The notes beneath the pieces are model-generated. The model was not told the origin of the DNA, ran no database searches, and saw only the letters and a list, made by a program, of their open reading frames with translations. The position numbers and the translations under genes are program-made. Source: Phycisphaerae bacterium (GTDB taxonomy: Bacteria > Planctomycetota > Phycisphaerae > SM23-33). From it: a stretch of 64,000 bases of DNA. Positions 8,893 through 18,765 of the stretch are shown piece after piece. Location: assembly GCA_011050235.1 (NCBI GenBank), contig DRGC01000022.1:128827-192826 (forward strand). Reading direction: 5' to 3'. The stretch's first letter is position 1. Each line of letters opens with the position of its first letter.

Positions 8893-10185
8893 ATGAAGAG
8901 GCCAAGGACCCAACGCGGTATGGTCACGATCTGGTTTGCGGTCACGGCGGTCGTCGTTATCGGCCTGGCCGGGCTTGCCGTCGATGCCGGGTACAGCGCC
9001 TTGGCCATACAAAAACTCCAGCACGCCGCTGACGCCGCAGCCCTCGCAGCCACACAGCAACTACCGTTCGGCCCCGAGGCCGCACAGCAGGCAGGCATCG
9101 ACATCGCGCTGGCCAATTCCGTAGCGGGGCAGATGGTTCAACTGGACTTCAACCCCGACAATGACCCCGATGGCGATATCGTCATCGGGTACTACGACCG
9201 AGACAGCCGCACCTTTACCCCGACCGTAGACGCGCCCAATGCCGTCAAGGTCGTCGCCCGCCGGACAGACACCTCGCTTGGCGGCCGCTTGGCTCTGGCA
9301 TTTGGTGCAGCCTTTGGCGTCGCTGACATCAGCCTGGAGAGGTACGCCATCGCAATGATGGCCAACGCGGGAGGCAGTGATGCCGGGCTGATCGTCCTGA
9401 ATGACGTAGGACAGGACGTGCTCAAGGTCCAAGGTAGCGCGATTCTGGACATCCGCTCGGCTGTCCCCAATGGCGTCGGCGCCATCCAGATCAACTCCAA
9501 TCACGCCGATGCCGTCCATGCACAAGGAAATGCCTCGATTCTTGCTGACGAGACCTACATCGTCGCCAACCCCGCCAATCGGCCGGCCGACAAGTTCTAC
9601 CAAGGCGGGTGGAACCCGAACTCGCCTTTCGTGCCGGACCCGCTCGCCGACATCGCGCCGCCGGCCGATTGGGGGCCAGTGCAAGCAACGGGGACCTTCG
9701 GAAGCAACGAGGTGGTGACCATCGAGCCCGGGTACTATCCCGACGGGCTCAAGATAGGGGCGGGCGCGCAGGTTACGATGTTGCCAGGAATCTATGTCAT
9801 TGGCGGTAGCGGACTAGACATCGACGGAAATGGAAACGTCTACGGCGATAGCGTGATGTTCTATATCGATGAAGGCGCCGTGGACATCCGGGGCACCGGC
9901 AACCTTCACCTCACGCCGATGGACAGCGGGGACTATGAAGGTCTGTTGCTCTGGCAAGCGAGGGACAACACCCAAGAGGGGATGATCACCGGCGACGGCG
10001 GGTCCGAACTCGATGGGGTCCTCTACTTCCCCGTCGCCCGCGTTCAGGTCGAAGGCAACGGCGACAAGTTTGGCACGAGGCTGATCTGCGATGAGTTGTA
10101 CGTCCAAGGAAACGGCGTCATCCGCATCAACTTCGGGGGAAGCGGCCCGATCGGCATGGACAGAACCGTCTACTTGGTCGAATAG
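8893..10185 (+). CDS. tadG: TadG-like pilus assembly protein (TadE/TadG N-terminal pseudopilin-like domain plus a large Gly/Asp-rich beta domain), divergent from the flp genes
   Basis: Start chosen at MKRPRTQRGMVTIWFAVTAVVVIGLAGLAVDAGYS (TadG-like N-terminus), with an AGGAGG RBS just upstream. The 480-aa track ORF begins earlier at 8743 without support. Confidence 0.6.
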   Translation: MKRPRTQRGMVTIWFAVTAVVVIGLAGLAVDAGYSALAIQKLQHAADAAALAATQQLPFGPEAAQQAGIDIALANSVAGQMVQLDFNPDNDPDGDIVIGYYDRDSRTFTPTVDAPNAVKVVARRTDTSLGGRLALAFGAAFGVADISLERYAIAMMANAGGSDAGLIVLNDVGQDVLKVQGSAILDIRSAVPNGVGAIQINSNHADAVHAQGNASILADETYIVANPANRPADKFYQGGWNPNSPFVPDPLADIAPPADWGPVQATGTFGSNEVVTIEPGYYPDGLKIGAGAQVTMLPGIYVIGGSGLDIDGNGNVYGDSVMFYIDEGAVDIRGTGNLHLTPMDSGDYEGLLLWQARDNTQEGMITGDGGSELDGVLYFPVARVQVEGNGDKFGTRLICDELYVQGNGVIRINFGGSGPIGMDRTVYLVE

Positions 10186-10266
10186 TCACTCGAGTACCTG
10201 GGTCGCCGGGCGGCAACGCCTGCCAGAAGAAGGAGCAATGCCGCGAGCACACGAGCCGCAAAAGCA

Positions 10267-10524
10267 GTGGCGGACCAACCCACCGACTTGCAGGAGATCG
10301 ACCCATCGCCAGCGCAGCACCGAAGGCAAGCCTTGGGATTCGGCCTGGGGGGCGTCTCGGGGCTCCTTATCGGGACCATCGCCGGCGTCCTCATCTACAG
10401 CCAGTTCACAACCTGGGACGCGTTCAGTAGATTCCTGGCTGCGGTCTTTCTCGGGGGCGTAACCTTCTTCGCCGGCGCCGTCTCGGGGGCCATCATCGGA
10501 AAAGCGACCGCCAAAGAGCGCTGA
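10267..10524 (+). CDS. Small hypothetical membrane protein (85 aa, two predicted TM helices)
   Basis: Two clean hydrophobic helices (GLGGVSGLLIGTIAGVLIYSQF and FLAAVFLGGVTFFAGAVSGAIIG). The overlapping minus-strand 128-aa ORF looks like GC-bias noise. Confidence 0.4.
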   Translation: MADQPTDLQEIDPSPAQHRRQALGFGLGGVSGLLIGTIAGVLIYSQFTTWDAFSRFLAAVFLGGVTFFAGAVSGAIIGKATAKER

Positions 10525-10552
10525 AAGCTCTAGCTGTTGTCCCTGCCGAACG

Positions 10553-10600
10553 GGCATAAAAAAGCCGGCCACACCGCTGAGCCGTGACCGGCTTTGTCAA
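10553..10600 (-). terminator. Rho-independent terminator downstream of tRNA-Arg (hairpin AAGCCGGyCAC...GTGrCCGGCTT followed by TTTTTTAT on the minus strand)
   Basis: A GC-rich inverted repeat immediately 3' of the tRNA, followed by a T6 tract on the transcribed (minus) strand. Confidence 0.55.
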
Positions 10601-10602
10601 AC

Positions 10603-10675
<73 letters not shown>

Positions 10676-10852
10676 CTAGCTGCGAGGGACGATTGTACCT
10701 TACCCGGGCCGGGACCGTCAAGGTGGGTGCAAACCCGAGCCTGATGTGGGGGAATACCGTCCGCGCCGAGGCCGAAATTGTCCCCAAAAAACGTGGAAGC
10801 TGCTATAATATGGGACACGAGCATATCGCGCCGGCTGGAGGAACGATAGGCC

Positions 10853-12253
10853 ATGGTCTCATTGCGGATGACGGCTACCTGTGCATCCAAGACATCGCGC
10901 TGGGCGGCGATGGCTTGGGTTTGCTGTCTTTTGATGGCGGCGCCTGCGACGGCTTTGGTCGTCGAGGACCACGGCCCGTTCAGCGTGTCATTCTATGGCG
11001 CCGGCGACGGCGGCAGCGATACCGGCGTCGTGGGCGATCAGGACTGGACCCTTCAGCAGCGTCAAGACGTCGCCGCATCCGTTGACATCTGGGCATCTCA
11101 CATCACAGACACGCCCGGCCGACAGATCCAACTGCACGTCTTCTGGAGTGAGCTGGACAGTTATGGCACGAATGTGCTGGGCGGGTCCGCCAGTCGTCGA
11201 ACGTGGGACGGCAACACCATTTGGAACGCCGGCGAGTACGTGTGGCGCGAAGGCGTCAATTACGCCTCATCCGTCAACTTCGACACCTTTGTCCAGTTGG
11301 ATATCACGGCCGCCGGCGTGGGGGGCGGCTGGAACTTCGGGTCGGGCAATCCGGCGGGCAACGCCATCGATTTCCGCAGCGTGATAAGCCACGAGCTTGG
11401 TCATTCGCTGGGCTTTTCGGACTCCTACGACGCTAGTCGCAAGGATTTTGGATGGGTTGGGCCTCCCGTGAGATACGCGGGCTTGACCGAGTGGGACAAG
11501 TTCCTGATCGACAGCGACGGCACAACGGCCCCGGCCGGGGGAGGGCGGGCGCGCGACTTCAACGCCACCGACGATCCGGTCTTCTGGACCGGGCCGCTCG
11601 CCAATGACTACTACGGCCAGCCCGTGCCGATCTACGCGCCCGACCCGTTTGCACAAGGCTCGAGCATGGCGCACGTGGACCAAGCCAGCCTCTCCTACGC
11701 CCTGATGAGCCCGTGGATCAGCACGGGCCAGAGCCTTCGCGATCCCATCGGCGTCGAGTGGAAGATGATGCAGGACATGGGCTGGTCGGTCGTTTTCGCC
11801 CTTGGCGATTTCGATGAGGACGGCGACATCGACAGTGACGATATCAATCTTCTATGCGACAACGTAGGCGACCCGGCCTTCGACGTCGACGGCGACAACG
11901 ACGCCGACGAAGACGACCTGATCTATCTGGTGGAGAATCTGGTCGAGCTCAGCGACGGGTCGGGGCGCGTGGGAACGCAACGGGGCGATTTCAACCTCGA
12001 CGGGGTCGTCAACGCCACCGACCTGGCCATCATGAAAGACACGTTCGGCGCCAGCGGCGTCGGCTATGCCGGCGGCAACGCCAACTGCGATACCGTCGTC
12101 AATGCCACGGACCTAGCCATCCTGAAGGCCAACTTCGGTTTCTCGGCTCCCACAGGCGGCGGCGTTCCCGAACCGGCGACGCTGGGCTTGCTGGCCCTGG
12201 CCAGCTTTGCCCTGCTCAAGCGCCAACGTCGGCAACTTGCCGATCGGCGCTGA
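10853..12253 (+). CDS. Secreted metzincin-like zinc metalloprotease with two dockerin-type repeats and a C-terminal PEP-CTERM sorting signal
   Basis: Signal peptide. HELGHSLGFSD matches HExxHxxGxxD, a snapalysin/M7-like arrangement with Asp as the third ligand. There are two dockerin-like repeats (DFNLDGVVNATDLAIMKDTFG and CDTVVNATDLAILKANFG). The C-terminus, VPEPATLGLLALASFALLKRQRRQ, is PEP-CTERM. GGAGG sits 11 nt upstream of the ATG. Confidence 0.7.
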   Translation: MVSLRMTATCASKTSRWAAMAWVCCLLMAAPATALVVEDHGPFSVSFYGAGDGGSDTGVVGDQDWTLQQRQDVAASVDIWASHITDTPGRQIQLHVFWSELDSYGTNVLGGSASRRTWDGNTIWNAGEYVWREGVNYASSVNFDTFVQLDITAAGVGGGWNFGSGNPAGNAIDFRSVISHELGHSLGFSDSYDASRKDFGWVGPPVRYAGLTEWDKFLIDSDGTTAPAGGGRARDFNATDDPVFWTGPLANDYYGQPVPIYAPDPFAQGSSMAHVDQASLSYALMSPWISTGQSLRDPIGVEWKMMQDMGWSVVFALGDFDEDGDIDSDDINLLCDNVGDPAFDVDGDNDADEDDLIYLVENLVELSDGSGRVGTQRGDFNLDGVVNATDLAIMKDTFGASGVGYAGGNANCDTVVNATDLAILKANFGFSAPTGGGVPEPATLGLLALASFALLKRQRRQLADRR

Positions 12254-12541
12254 AACTCTCTCCCGTTCTGCGGGCATTCATCAGGCCCATTCCCTACCTG
12301 TTAATTTCTGACGTATCCAATGTCCATATCATATCTTGCGCTTAACTATCTCACTGAAGGCCCGGATGAACGAGTCCTGCCAGCCCAAAGATATTTCCTC
12401 AAGTCTTTGTTTTCCATGAGGATACATACCATGCCGGGCCGAGGTGATTCTAGGTCTTGTCCATCGAAGGTTTACTAAAGCCCGCCGCCCATCCGCCGAT
12501 ACCGTAAAGGAGACTTTCTCAAGGAGCTTGGAGGATGGGCC

Positions 12542-14398
12542 ATGGCTGAGCGACTACCCGTTCGTACACTTGCGCAGAGGCTACGCAGCTTCGTGCGCAG
12601 CCGGACATCGTTGGCGTCGGTCGGTATCTTCGTAGCCGCCATCTTTTTCGCGTCGATGGGCACCACCGCATGGTGGGCGATCCGATCGCAGACGCAATCT
12701 CTCAAGCAGGGCCGGCTCGAGCAGGTCGCCAGTATCGGGCAGGTCCTGTCGCAAACCGCAGAGATCATGATGGCCAACAACGAGCTGTCGGCCGTGCGGC
12801 GAATTGTCTCGGAGACGTCCCAGACCTATAACCTCAAGCACTGCCGCATCGTCCTGCCGAGCGGCCAGGTTGTCGCCGACATCGACCCCAAGCAGATCGC
12901 GCTTGCGGACCTGCCGGGCACGTGGACGGGATCCGTACCAGGCAAGTGGGGCCAGATCCTCGAAACAGGACAAGGCAAGGAAGGCCTGGTCACAGAAGTG
13001 TTCGACCTTCGGGTCCCTGGGCGCGGCGAGGCGGCTCTTGTGATCACCGCACCCATTAATCCGGGGGCGGCGGCGTCCTGGCCTCTGCAGGTCAAGATCG
13101 GTTCGATCAGCGTAGGTGCGTTGATTGCGCTTCTGCTGCTGCACCACAACATGCAAATGCGGGCGCGGGCGATTCTCGCCGTTCGCCAGATCCTGCTCGA
13201 ACAAGACCTCGAGCGAATGTCTCTGGCAGCGATGGAGGTGGACCCCCGCTGGGGTCGCGAGGCGCAGGCCTGGAACACTCTCATACGCCAGACCGAACAG
13301 CAGCGCGAGCAATTGGCGAGGCGGCGGACGGGCGAATCGCTGCAGGACATCCGGGCCAACAACAGCGATCTCAGCGCAGCCTGCAACGCCCTGTGGCAGG
13401 GGTTGATCCTGGTCGACAAGGACCTGCGCGCCAAGTACGCCAACGGGGCGGCGGCCGTCTTGCTGCAGACCGATATCGCGAAGATTCTCGGCACCGATGT
13501 GACCGCTTTGCTGGGCGACCAGGAAGTCCTCGACGCCATCCGGACCGCCATCGACCAGCCCATGCGCCGCCGAACGATCGTGGAAGTTGAGCGGGTCGGA
13601 GAACACGCCACCAGCGTCTTGCGTTTTGTCGTGCGCCCGGTCCGGCGCGAGGACCCGGGCGTGGTCATGATTGTTGTCGAAGACATTACCCAACAGCGAA
13701 TCGCCGACAAGTCGCGCGGGGCCTTCATCGCCAACGCAACCCACGAACTCCGCGCGCCGCTGACGAACATTCGTCTGTACGTGGAGACCGCTTTGGACGA
13801 GGGCGCCCACGACAACGCCGTCCAGGCGGATTGCCTCAACGTCATCAACCAGGAGGCCCACCGCCTCGAGCGGATGGTGGCCGACGTCCTGTCGGTCGCG
13901 CAGATCGAGGCGGGTACGCTTCAACTGAAGAGGGATGACGTAAACCTGGCCCAGGTCTTCGGCGACCTGGAGCACGATTATGTGCTGCAGGCCAGCGACA
14001 AGGAGATCGAACTGGCGTTCGATCTGCCGCCCAACCTGCCCGTCATCCAGGCCGACCGCGACAAGGTGATCGCAGGCCTGCACAATCTGCTGTCCAACGC
14101 GCTGAAGTACACGCCCGCCGGCGGCAAGGTCACCGTCGCCGTCGCCATTGAGCCCCAGCAGATTGTCGTCGAGGTGACCGACACGGGCATCGGCATCAGC
14201 GACGAGGACACCGGACGAATCTTCGAGAAGTTCTACCGCGCCCATGACCGGCGCGTGCTGGATGTCTCCGGATCGGGCCTGGGGCTGGCGATCGCCCGCG
14301 AAGTAATCCGTCTGCACGGCGGGGACATCACCGTCCAATCCGCACCCGACAAGGGCAGCACATTCACGCTGGTGCTGCCGACCATGGAGGCCGCGTAA
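12542..14398 (+). CDS. Sensor histidine kinase (two TM helices, periplasmic sensor, PAS-like region, HisKA + HATPase_c)
   Basis: H-box ATHELRAPLTNI; N-box/G-boxes LLSNALKYTP...DTGIGI...GSGLGLAIARE. GGAGGA RBS 7 nt upstream. Confidence 0.85.
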   Translation: MAERLPVRTLAQRLRSFVRSRTSLASVGIFVAAIFFASMGTTAWWAIRSQTQSLKQGRLEQVASIGQVLSQTAEIMMANNELSAVRRIVSETSQTYNLKHCRIVLPSGQVVADIDPKQIALADLPGTWTGSVPGKWGQILETGQGKEGLVTEVFDLRVPGRGEAALVITAPINPGAAASWPLQVKIGSISVGALIALLLLHHNMQMRARAILAVRQILLEQDLERMSLAAMEVDPRWGREAQAWNTLIRQTEQQREQLARRRTGESLQDIRANNSDLSAACNALWQGLILVDKDLRAKYANGAAAVLLQTDIAKILGTDVTALLGDQEVLDAIRTAIDQPMRRRTIVEVERVGEHATSVLRFVVRPVRREDPGVVMIVVEDITQQRIADKSRGAFIANATHELRAPLTNIRLYVETALDEGAHDNAVQADCLNVINQEAHRLERMVADVLSVAQIEAGTLQLKRDDVNLAQVFGDLEHDYVLQASDKEIELAFDLPPNLPVIQADRDKVIAGLHNLLSNALKYTPAGGKVTVAVAIEPQQIVVEVTDTGIGISDEDTGRIFEKFYRAHDRRVLDVSGSGLGLAIAREVIRLHGGDITVQSAPDKGSTFTLVLPTMEAA

Positions 14399-14399
14399 C

Positions 14400-14735
14400 G
14401 TGCTTCTTCAGGAACAACAGAACGGGGCCGTCATCGTTCTCAAACCCGACGGGCCTTTGGTCACCGAAGACGCCGACCAGTTCAAGCAACGCGCCCTGGA
14501 CCTGCTTCACCGCAGCTTGGGGCGATACGTCGTGGATGCCTCGGACATCCCCTACGTTGACAGCCGCGGCCTGGAGGCGCTGCTCGAGGTGAACGACGAG
14601 ATGTTCCAGACCGGCCACGCCCTGAAGATCGCCGGCGTCAACGACACGGTGCGCCAGGTGCTGGAGTTGACGAATCTTTCACACACGTTCGAACACTTTG
14701 CCGACGTCAACGCGGCGGTCAGGAGCTTCCTGTGA
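14400..14735 (+). CDS. STAS-domain anti-sigma-factor antagonist (SpoIIAA-like)
   Basis: 111 aa with an SpoIIAA-like fold signature (VVDASDIPYVDSRGLEALLEV...). The GTG start is 2 nt after the kinase stop, and its own stop overlaps the pilB start. Confidence 0.7.
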   Translation: MLLQEQQNGAVIVLKPDGPLVTEDADQFKQRALDLLHRSLGRYVVDASDIPYVDSRGLEALLEVNDEMFQTGHALKIAGVNDTVRQVLELTNLSHTFEHFADVNAAVRSFL

Positions 14736-16480
14736 GTGACAAGGCGCCCAAACCCCGCCTTGGCGAAGCGCTCGTCAATCAGGGCCTGCTCGACAAGGCC
14801 CAACTGGACAGCGCTCTGGCCGAGCAGAAGTCCACCGGACAGATGTTGGGCGAGACGCTCGCCGCCCAGGGCGTCATCCGCCCGACGATTCTCATCCGCA
14901 TGCTGGCCGATCAGCTGGGCCTCCCGGGCTGCCTGCTGCGACACGGATTGATCGACCCGAGCCTGCTGCCGCTGATCGGTGAGGAAGAGGCCGAGCGACT
15001 GATGGCGCTGCCGATGTTCAAGGTAGGCGATACGCTCACCGTGGCGATGGCCCAGCCTCAGTCGCTGCCGCGGATCGACCGCCTGCAACAGTTGACCGGT
15101 TGCAAGATCAATCCGGTGTTGGCCTTCGAGTCCAACATCGTCGAGTTCATCAAGAAGTACGCCGGCGGGGATATCGACGTCAACGCATTCCTGGCCACCC
15201 TCGGCGATTCCGACGTGGAGGTCGTCGAGCGCGAGACCGTCGACGAAGGACCCGTCACCGATCTGGACAACATGGTCGCCGGCAGCCCGGTGGTGAACCT
15301 GATCAACGTCGCCGTTCTGACGGCCATCAAGGACTGCGCCAGCGACATTCACATCGAACCCAGCAAGCAAAGCACGCGGATCCGCTACCGCATCGACGGG
15401 GCGCTGCGCGACCTGATGCGACCCCCAGCCGGCATGCACGCGGCCATCGTGTCGCGCGTGAAGGTCATCGGCAAGATGAACATCGCTGAGAAACGCGTCC
15501 CCCAGGAGGGTCGGGTCCGAATTTTCGCCGACGGGCGAGAAATCGACCTGCGCATCTCCAGCATGCCCACGCTGCTGGGCGAGAAGCTGGTCATTCGAAT
15601 CCTCGACAAACAGAACCTGCACGTTCGCCTGGAGGATCTGGGCTTCCACCCCGAGGCGATGGAATCGTTCACCCGCATGCTGCACCAGTCCTACGGCCTG
15701 GTGCTGGTGACCGGGCCGACCGGCAGCGGCAAGACGACCACGCTGTACTCGGCCTTGTCGCTGCTGCGAAACCCCGAGCTGAACATCGTCACGGTCGAAG
15801 ATCCCGTCGAGTATCAACTCGACATGATCAATCAGGTGCAGGTGCAACAGTCGGTCGGAATGACGTTCGCCAACGTGCTTCGCAGCATGTTGCGGCAGGA
15901 CCCGGACATCATCATGGTCGGCGAGATCCGCGACCAAGAAACCACCAGCGTGGCCGTCCAGGCAGCCCTGACCGGCCACCTGGTGCTGGCGACGCTGCAC
16001 ACCAACAACGCGCCGGGCGCGGTGGCCCGGCTGCTGGACATGAACACCGAGCCCTACCTGCTGGCCAGCGCCCTGCAGGGCGTGATCGCCCAGCGGCTGG
16101 CCCGAACGGTCTGCGGCAACTGCGAGACCAAGTACTACCCCAGCGACGACCTCATGCTGGAAGCGGACCTGGTCGGGAGAACCGACCAGGTCTTTCGCAC
16201 CGGCACCGGGTGCGAGCGGTGCCACAATTCCGGCTTCCACGGTCGAACGGGTGTGTACGAGGTCCTGTCTATCACCTCCGACATTCGGCGAATGATCCAC
16301 CGCGCAGCGCCCACGCACGAATTGCGTGAGGCGATGTGCCGCGCCGGCGCCCTGACACTGCGGCAGGCTGCCGTCCAGATCGCCCTCCAGGGCCAGACCA
16401 ACCTGGAAGAGGCCCTGTCGATCTCCGCCAGCGAGGATAACAACGACGCTGAGAAGTTTCCGGAACAGGACGCCGCATGA
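14732..16480 (+). CDS. pilB: Type IV pilus assembly ATPase PilB (GspE family, with T2SS_N domain)
   Basis: 582 aa. Walker A LVTGPTGSGKTTTLYS, Asp/His boxes, and a tetra-Cys zinc motif (CGNC...CERC). Confidence 0.9.
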   Translation: MSDKAPKPRLGEALVNQGLLDKAQLDSALAEQKSTGQMLGETLAAQGVIRPTILIRMLADQLGLPGCLLRHGLIDPSLLPLIGEEEAERLMALPMFKVGDTLTVAMAQPQSLPRIDRLQQLTGCKINPVLAFESNIVEFIKKYAGGDIDVNAFLATLGDSDVEVVERETVDEGPVTDLDNMVAGSPVVNLINVAVLTAIKDCASDIHIEPSKQSTRIRYRIDGALRDLMRPPAGMHAAIVSRVKVIGKMNIAEKRVPQEGRVRIFADGREIDLRISSMPTLLGEKLVIRILDKQNLHVRLEDLGFHPEAMESFTRMLHQSYGLVLVTGPTGSGKTTTLYSALSLLRNPELNIVTVEDPVEYQLDMINQVQVQQSVGMTFANVLRSMLRQDPDIIMVGEIRDQETTSVAVQAALTGHLVLATLHTNNAPGAVARLLDMNTEPYLLASALQGVIAQRLARTVCGNCETKYYPSDDLMLEADLVGRTDQVFRTGTGCERCHNSGFHGRTGVYEVLSITSDIRRMIHRAAPTHELREAMCRAGALTLRQAAVQIALQGQTNLEEALSISASEDNNDAEKFPEQDAA

Positions 16481-17694
16481 AACTGGCCTATACAGCCTAC
16501 GATCAGACGGGCCAGGAAGTCACGGCCACCATCGACGCCCCCAACGCCGCCGATGCCACCGAGGCGCTGCGCCGCAAGGGGCTGTTCGTCTCGACAATCG
16601 GCGAACAGACCGGCCAGGCCGCCGCATCAACGGCCCCCACCTGCAAGGTCCGGAGCAAGTCTAAGAGGCTCAAGTACCTCTCCGGCTTCATGCGTCAGTT
16701 GCACGTGTTGGTCTCGTGCGGCACGCCGCTGGTGGAGGCCCTGAAGGCGCTGGAACGCCAGGCAGCCAAGGATGAGCGCTGGCACCAGATCCTGGTGGAC
16801 GTCCGTTCGCGCGTGGAAGAAGGCGTGCCGCTCTCGTCGGCGATGGACACCCACCCGGACGTATTCGATTCGGTCTGCCAAAGCCTCATCGCCGCCAGCG
16901 AGTCGACCGGCGACCTGCCGGCTATGCTCGACTGGTTGGCGATCACCAGCCGAAAACAACTGCGCATCCGCAACGTCATCACCGGCGCGATGATGTATCC
17001 TGCCTTGCTGTTGTGTATCACCGTCGGCGTATTTGCCATGGTGCTGCTGTTCGTGATTCCGCGTTTTGGGGATCTGTTCAAGACGCTGGATGTCCCCCTG
17101 CCGCCCACCACGGCCGTGCTGATCAATACGAGCGCGTTCCTGCAGTCCTATTGGTGGGCAATCGGCCTGCTCGTCGGCACCGCGACGGTGGGGCTGATGG
17201 TGTGGACCTCTCGTCCGGCCGGGCGACGCGCGTTGGACACCCTTGTCCTGCACCTGCCGCAGTTCGGCCGCCTGGTGAGGGACTTCATCACCGCCCGCAT
17301 CGCCCGCCTGCTGGGCGGGTTGCTCCAAGGTCATGTCTCCGTCCTGGAGGCCCTGGAGCTGACGAAAAAATCCGTTAAGAACTACCACTATGTCGAGCTG
17401 ATCGACCGCGCCCGCGAGGCCGTCATCCAGGGCCAGCCCCTCAGCATAGCCTTCAAGGACACCGACCTGATCAGCCCGTCGGTCTACGAGGCCATCCGCA
17501 ACGGCGAGGCCAGCGGACAGATCGCGCCGCTGCTGCTGAATCTGTCGGACTTCCTGGACGAAGACAACGAGGTCGTCATCCGGTCGCTGACCAGCATTAT
17601 CGAGCCGATCATTCTGGTCGGCATGGGCCTGCTGGTGGGCACGCTGGCGCTGGGAATATTCATGCCGCTATTCGACCTGACCTCCATGATGTAG
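16477..17694 (+). CDS. pilC: Type IV pilus platform protein PilC (GspF family, two T2SS-F domains)
   Basis: 405 aa polytopic protein with a duplicated GspF domain. Its start overlaps the pilB stop. Confidence 0.85.
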   Translation: MKLAYTAYDQTGQEVTATIDAPNAADATEALRRKGLFVSTIGEQTGQAAASTAPTCKVRSKSKRLKYLSGFMRQLHVLVSCGTPLVEALKALERQAAKDERWHQILVDVRSRVEEGVPLSSAMDTHPDVFDSVCQSLIAASESTGDLPAMLDWLAITSRKQLRIRNVITGAMMYPALLLCITVGVFAMVLLFVIPRFGDLFKTLDVPLPPTTAVLINTSAFLQSYWWAIGLLVGTATVGLMVWTSRPAGRRALDTLVLHLPQFGRLVRDFITARIARLLGGLLQGHVSVLEALELTKKSVKNYHYVELIDRAREAVIQGQPLSIAFKDTDLISPSVYEAIRNGEASGQIAPLLLNLSDFLDEDNEVVIRSLTSIIEPIILVGMGLLVGTLALGIFMPLFDLTSMM

Positions 17695-17705
17695 GGAGAT
17701 GCATA

Positions 17706-18758
17706 ATGGTGCACCTGAACAAGACTCAATCCCCGATCGGCATCAGCCTGGACGAGCAGTTCATCAAGGCCGCCCAGCTATCCCGCCATGGCGGCCAGTG
17801 GCGCCTAGACTCCGCCGTACGGATTCCGCGCGATCGGCCGGGGGCCGCCATCGAGGCGCAGGAGGTGCGGGGGCTCCGCGATGTGCTGGCCCGCCAGGGC
17901 TTCGTCGGCCGACGCGTCGTCGTGGGCCTGCCTGCCCAGGTGCTGCTTGGCAGCCTGCTGGAGTTGCCTCCTCGTTCGTCCGGCGCGCCGGTGGAGATGC
18001 TGGCTCGGGCGGAACTGGCCCGCATGCATGATTGCGACCCCCACTCCATCGAGACGGCCTGTTGGGACCTGCCCGGCGAGCGCCAGACCAAGGACACCAC
18101 GCACATGATGGCCCTGGCCTGCCCGCATGAGGTCGCCGAAGGGCTTCTAGACGCCTTCGAGCAGGCCGGCTTGGATGTCGAGGCCCTCGACAGCGAGTTG
18201 CACGCCACGGCCCGCGCGTGCGGCGAGCTGCTGTCCCCCGACGGCGTCACCGCGATCCTCGCATTGGGTTGGGATGCCGTCGTGCTGAACATGATGCACC
18301 AGGGACAGATCGTCTACCACCGCGCGATGGCTGAGGTGAGCATGAAACACCAGGCCTCCGCTCTGGCCGAGCTGCTCGAAGTCGAACCGGCGACGATCGA
18401 TGCGGTCTGGGCTCAGCACAACAACACCGCCCCGCAGCAGCGCTCGGCGGAAGAGACGGCCCTGCTGGAAACCATCGCCGGCATCCTGGAGACCCACTGG
18501 GAAGAAATCGTCGCGGACCTGGAAGCGCCCTTCGCCTACATCCAAAGCGAACACACAGGCCGCGAGATCGAGCGGCTGCTGCTGACCGGCTTCGGCGCCG
18601 CCACAGGCAACGTGGCCGAGTTCTTCGAAGATCACCTGCACCTGATGACGCAGGTCGTTGCGCCGATGGACGCCGTCTCCTGTTCGCCGGCGCTGGGCGA
18701 CAAGGCCCGCGATCCGTCCCTGACCGTAGCCGTCGGCCTGGCCAGGTTCACGGAGTAA
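17706..18758 (+). CDS. pilM: Type IV pilus assembly protein PilM (actin-like ATPase fold)
   Basis: 350 aa. Sits in the PilM position before pilN and pilO, with an actin/FtsA-like pattern. Confidence 0.7.
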   Translation: MVHLNKTQSPIGISLDEQFIKAAQLSRHGGQWRLDSAVRIPRDRPGAAIEAQEVRGLRDVLARQGFVGRRVVVGLPAQVLLGSLLELPPRSSGAPVEMLARAELARMHDCDPHSIETACWDLPGERQTKDTTHMMALACPHEVAEGLLDAFEQAGLDVEALDSELHATARACGELLSPDGVTAILALGWDAVVLNMMHQGQIVYHRAMAEVSMKHQASALAELLEVEPATIDAVWAQHNNTAPQQRSAEETALLETIAGILETHWEEIVADLEAPFAYIQSEHTGREIERLLLTGFGAATGNVAEFFEDHLHLMTQVVAPMDAVSCSPALGDKARDPSLTVAVGLARFTE

Positions 18759-18765
18759 CTGTCCC

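Noticed and set aside
10186-10572. 128-aa minus-strand ORF downstream of tadG
   Set aside because: Low-complexity translation with no start context. The overlapping plus-strand 85-aa ORF has two clean TM helices and is preferred, though still at low confidence.
12581-14338. 585-aa minus-strand ORF antisense to the histidine kinase. Similar long antisense ORFs occur at 14552-16318 (versus pilB), 39001-41025 (versus the permease), 46627-48225 (versus lpd), 45222-46538 (versus gcvPB), 51540-52838 and 52634-53908.
   Set aside because: Their translations are Arg/Gly/Pro/Ala-rich with no domain signatures, while the sense-strand genes have unmistakable conserved motifs. This is the classic stop-codon-poor antisense frame in a 65% GC genome.
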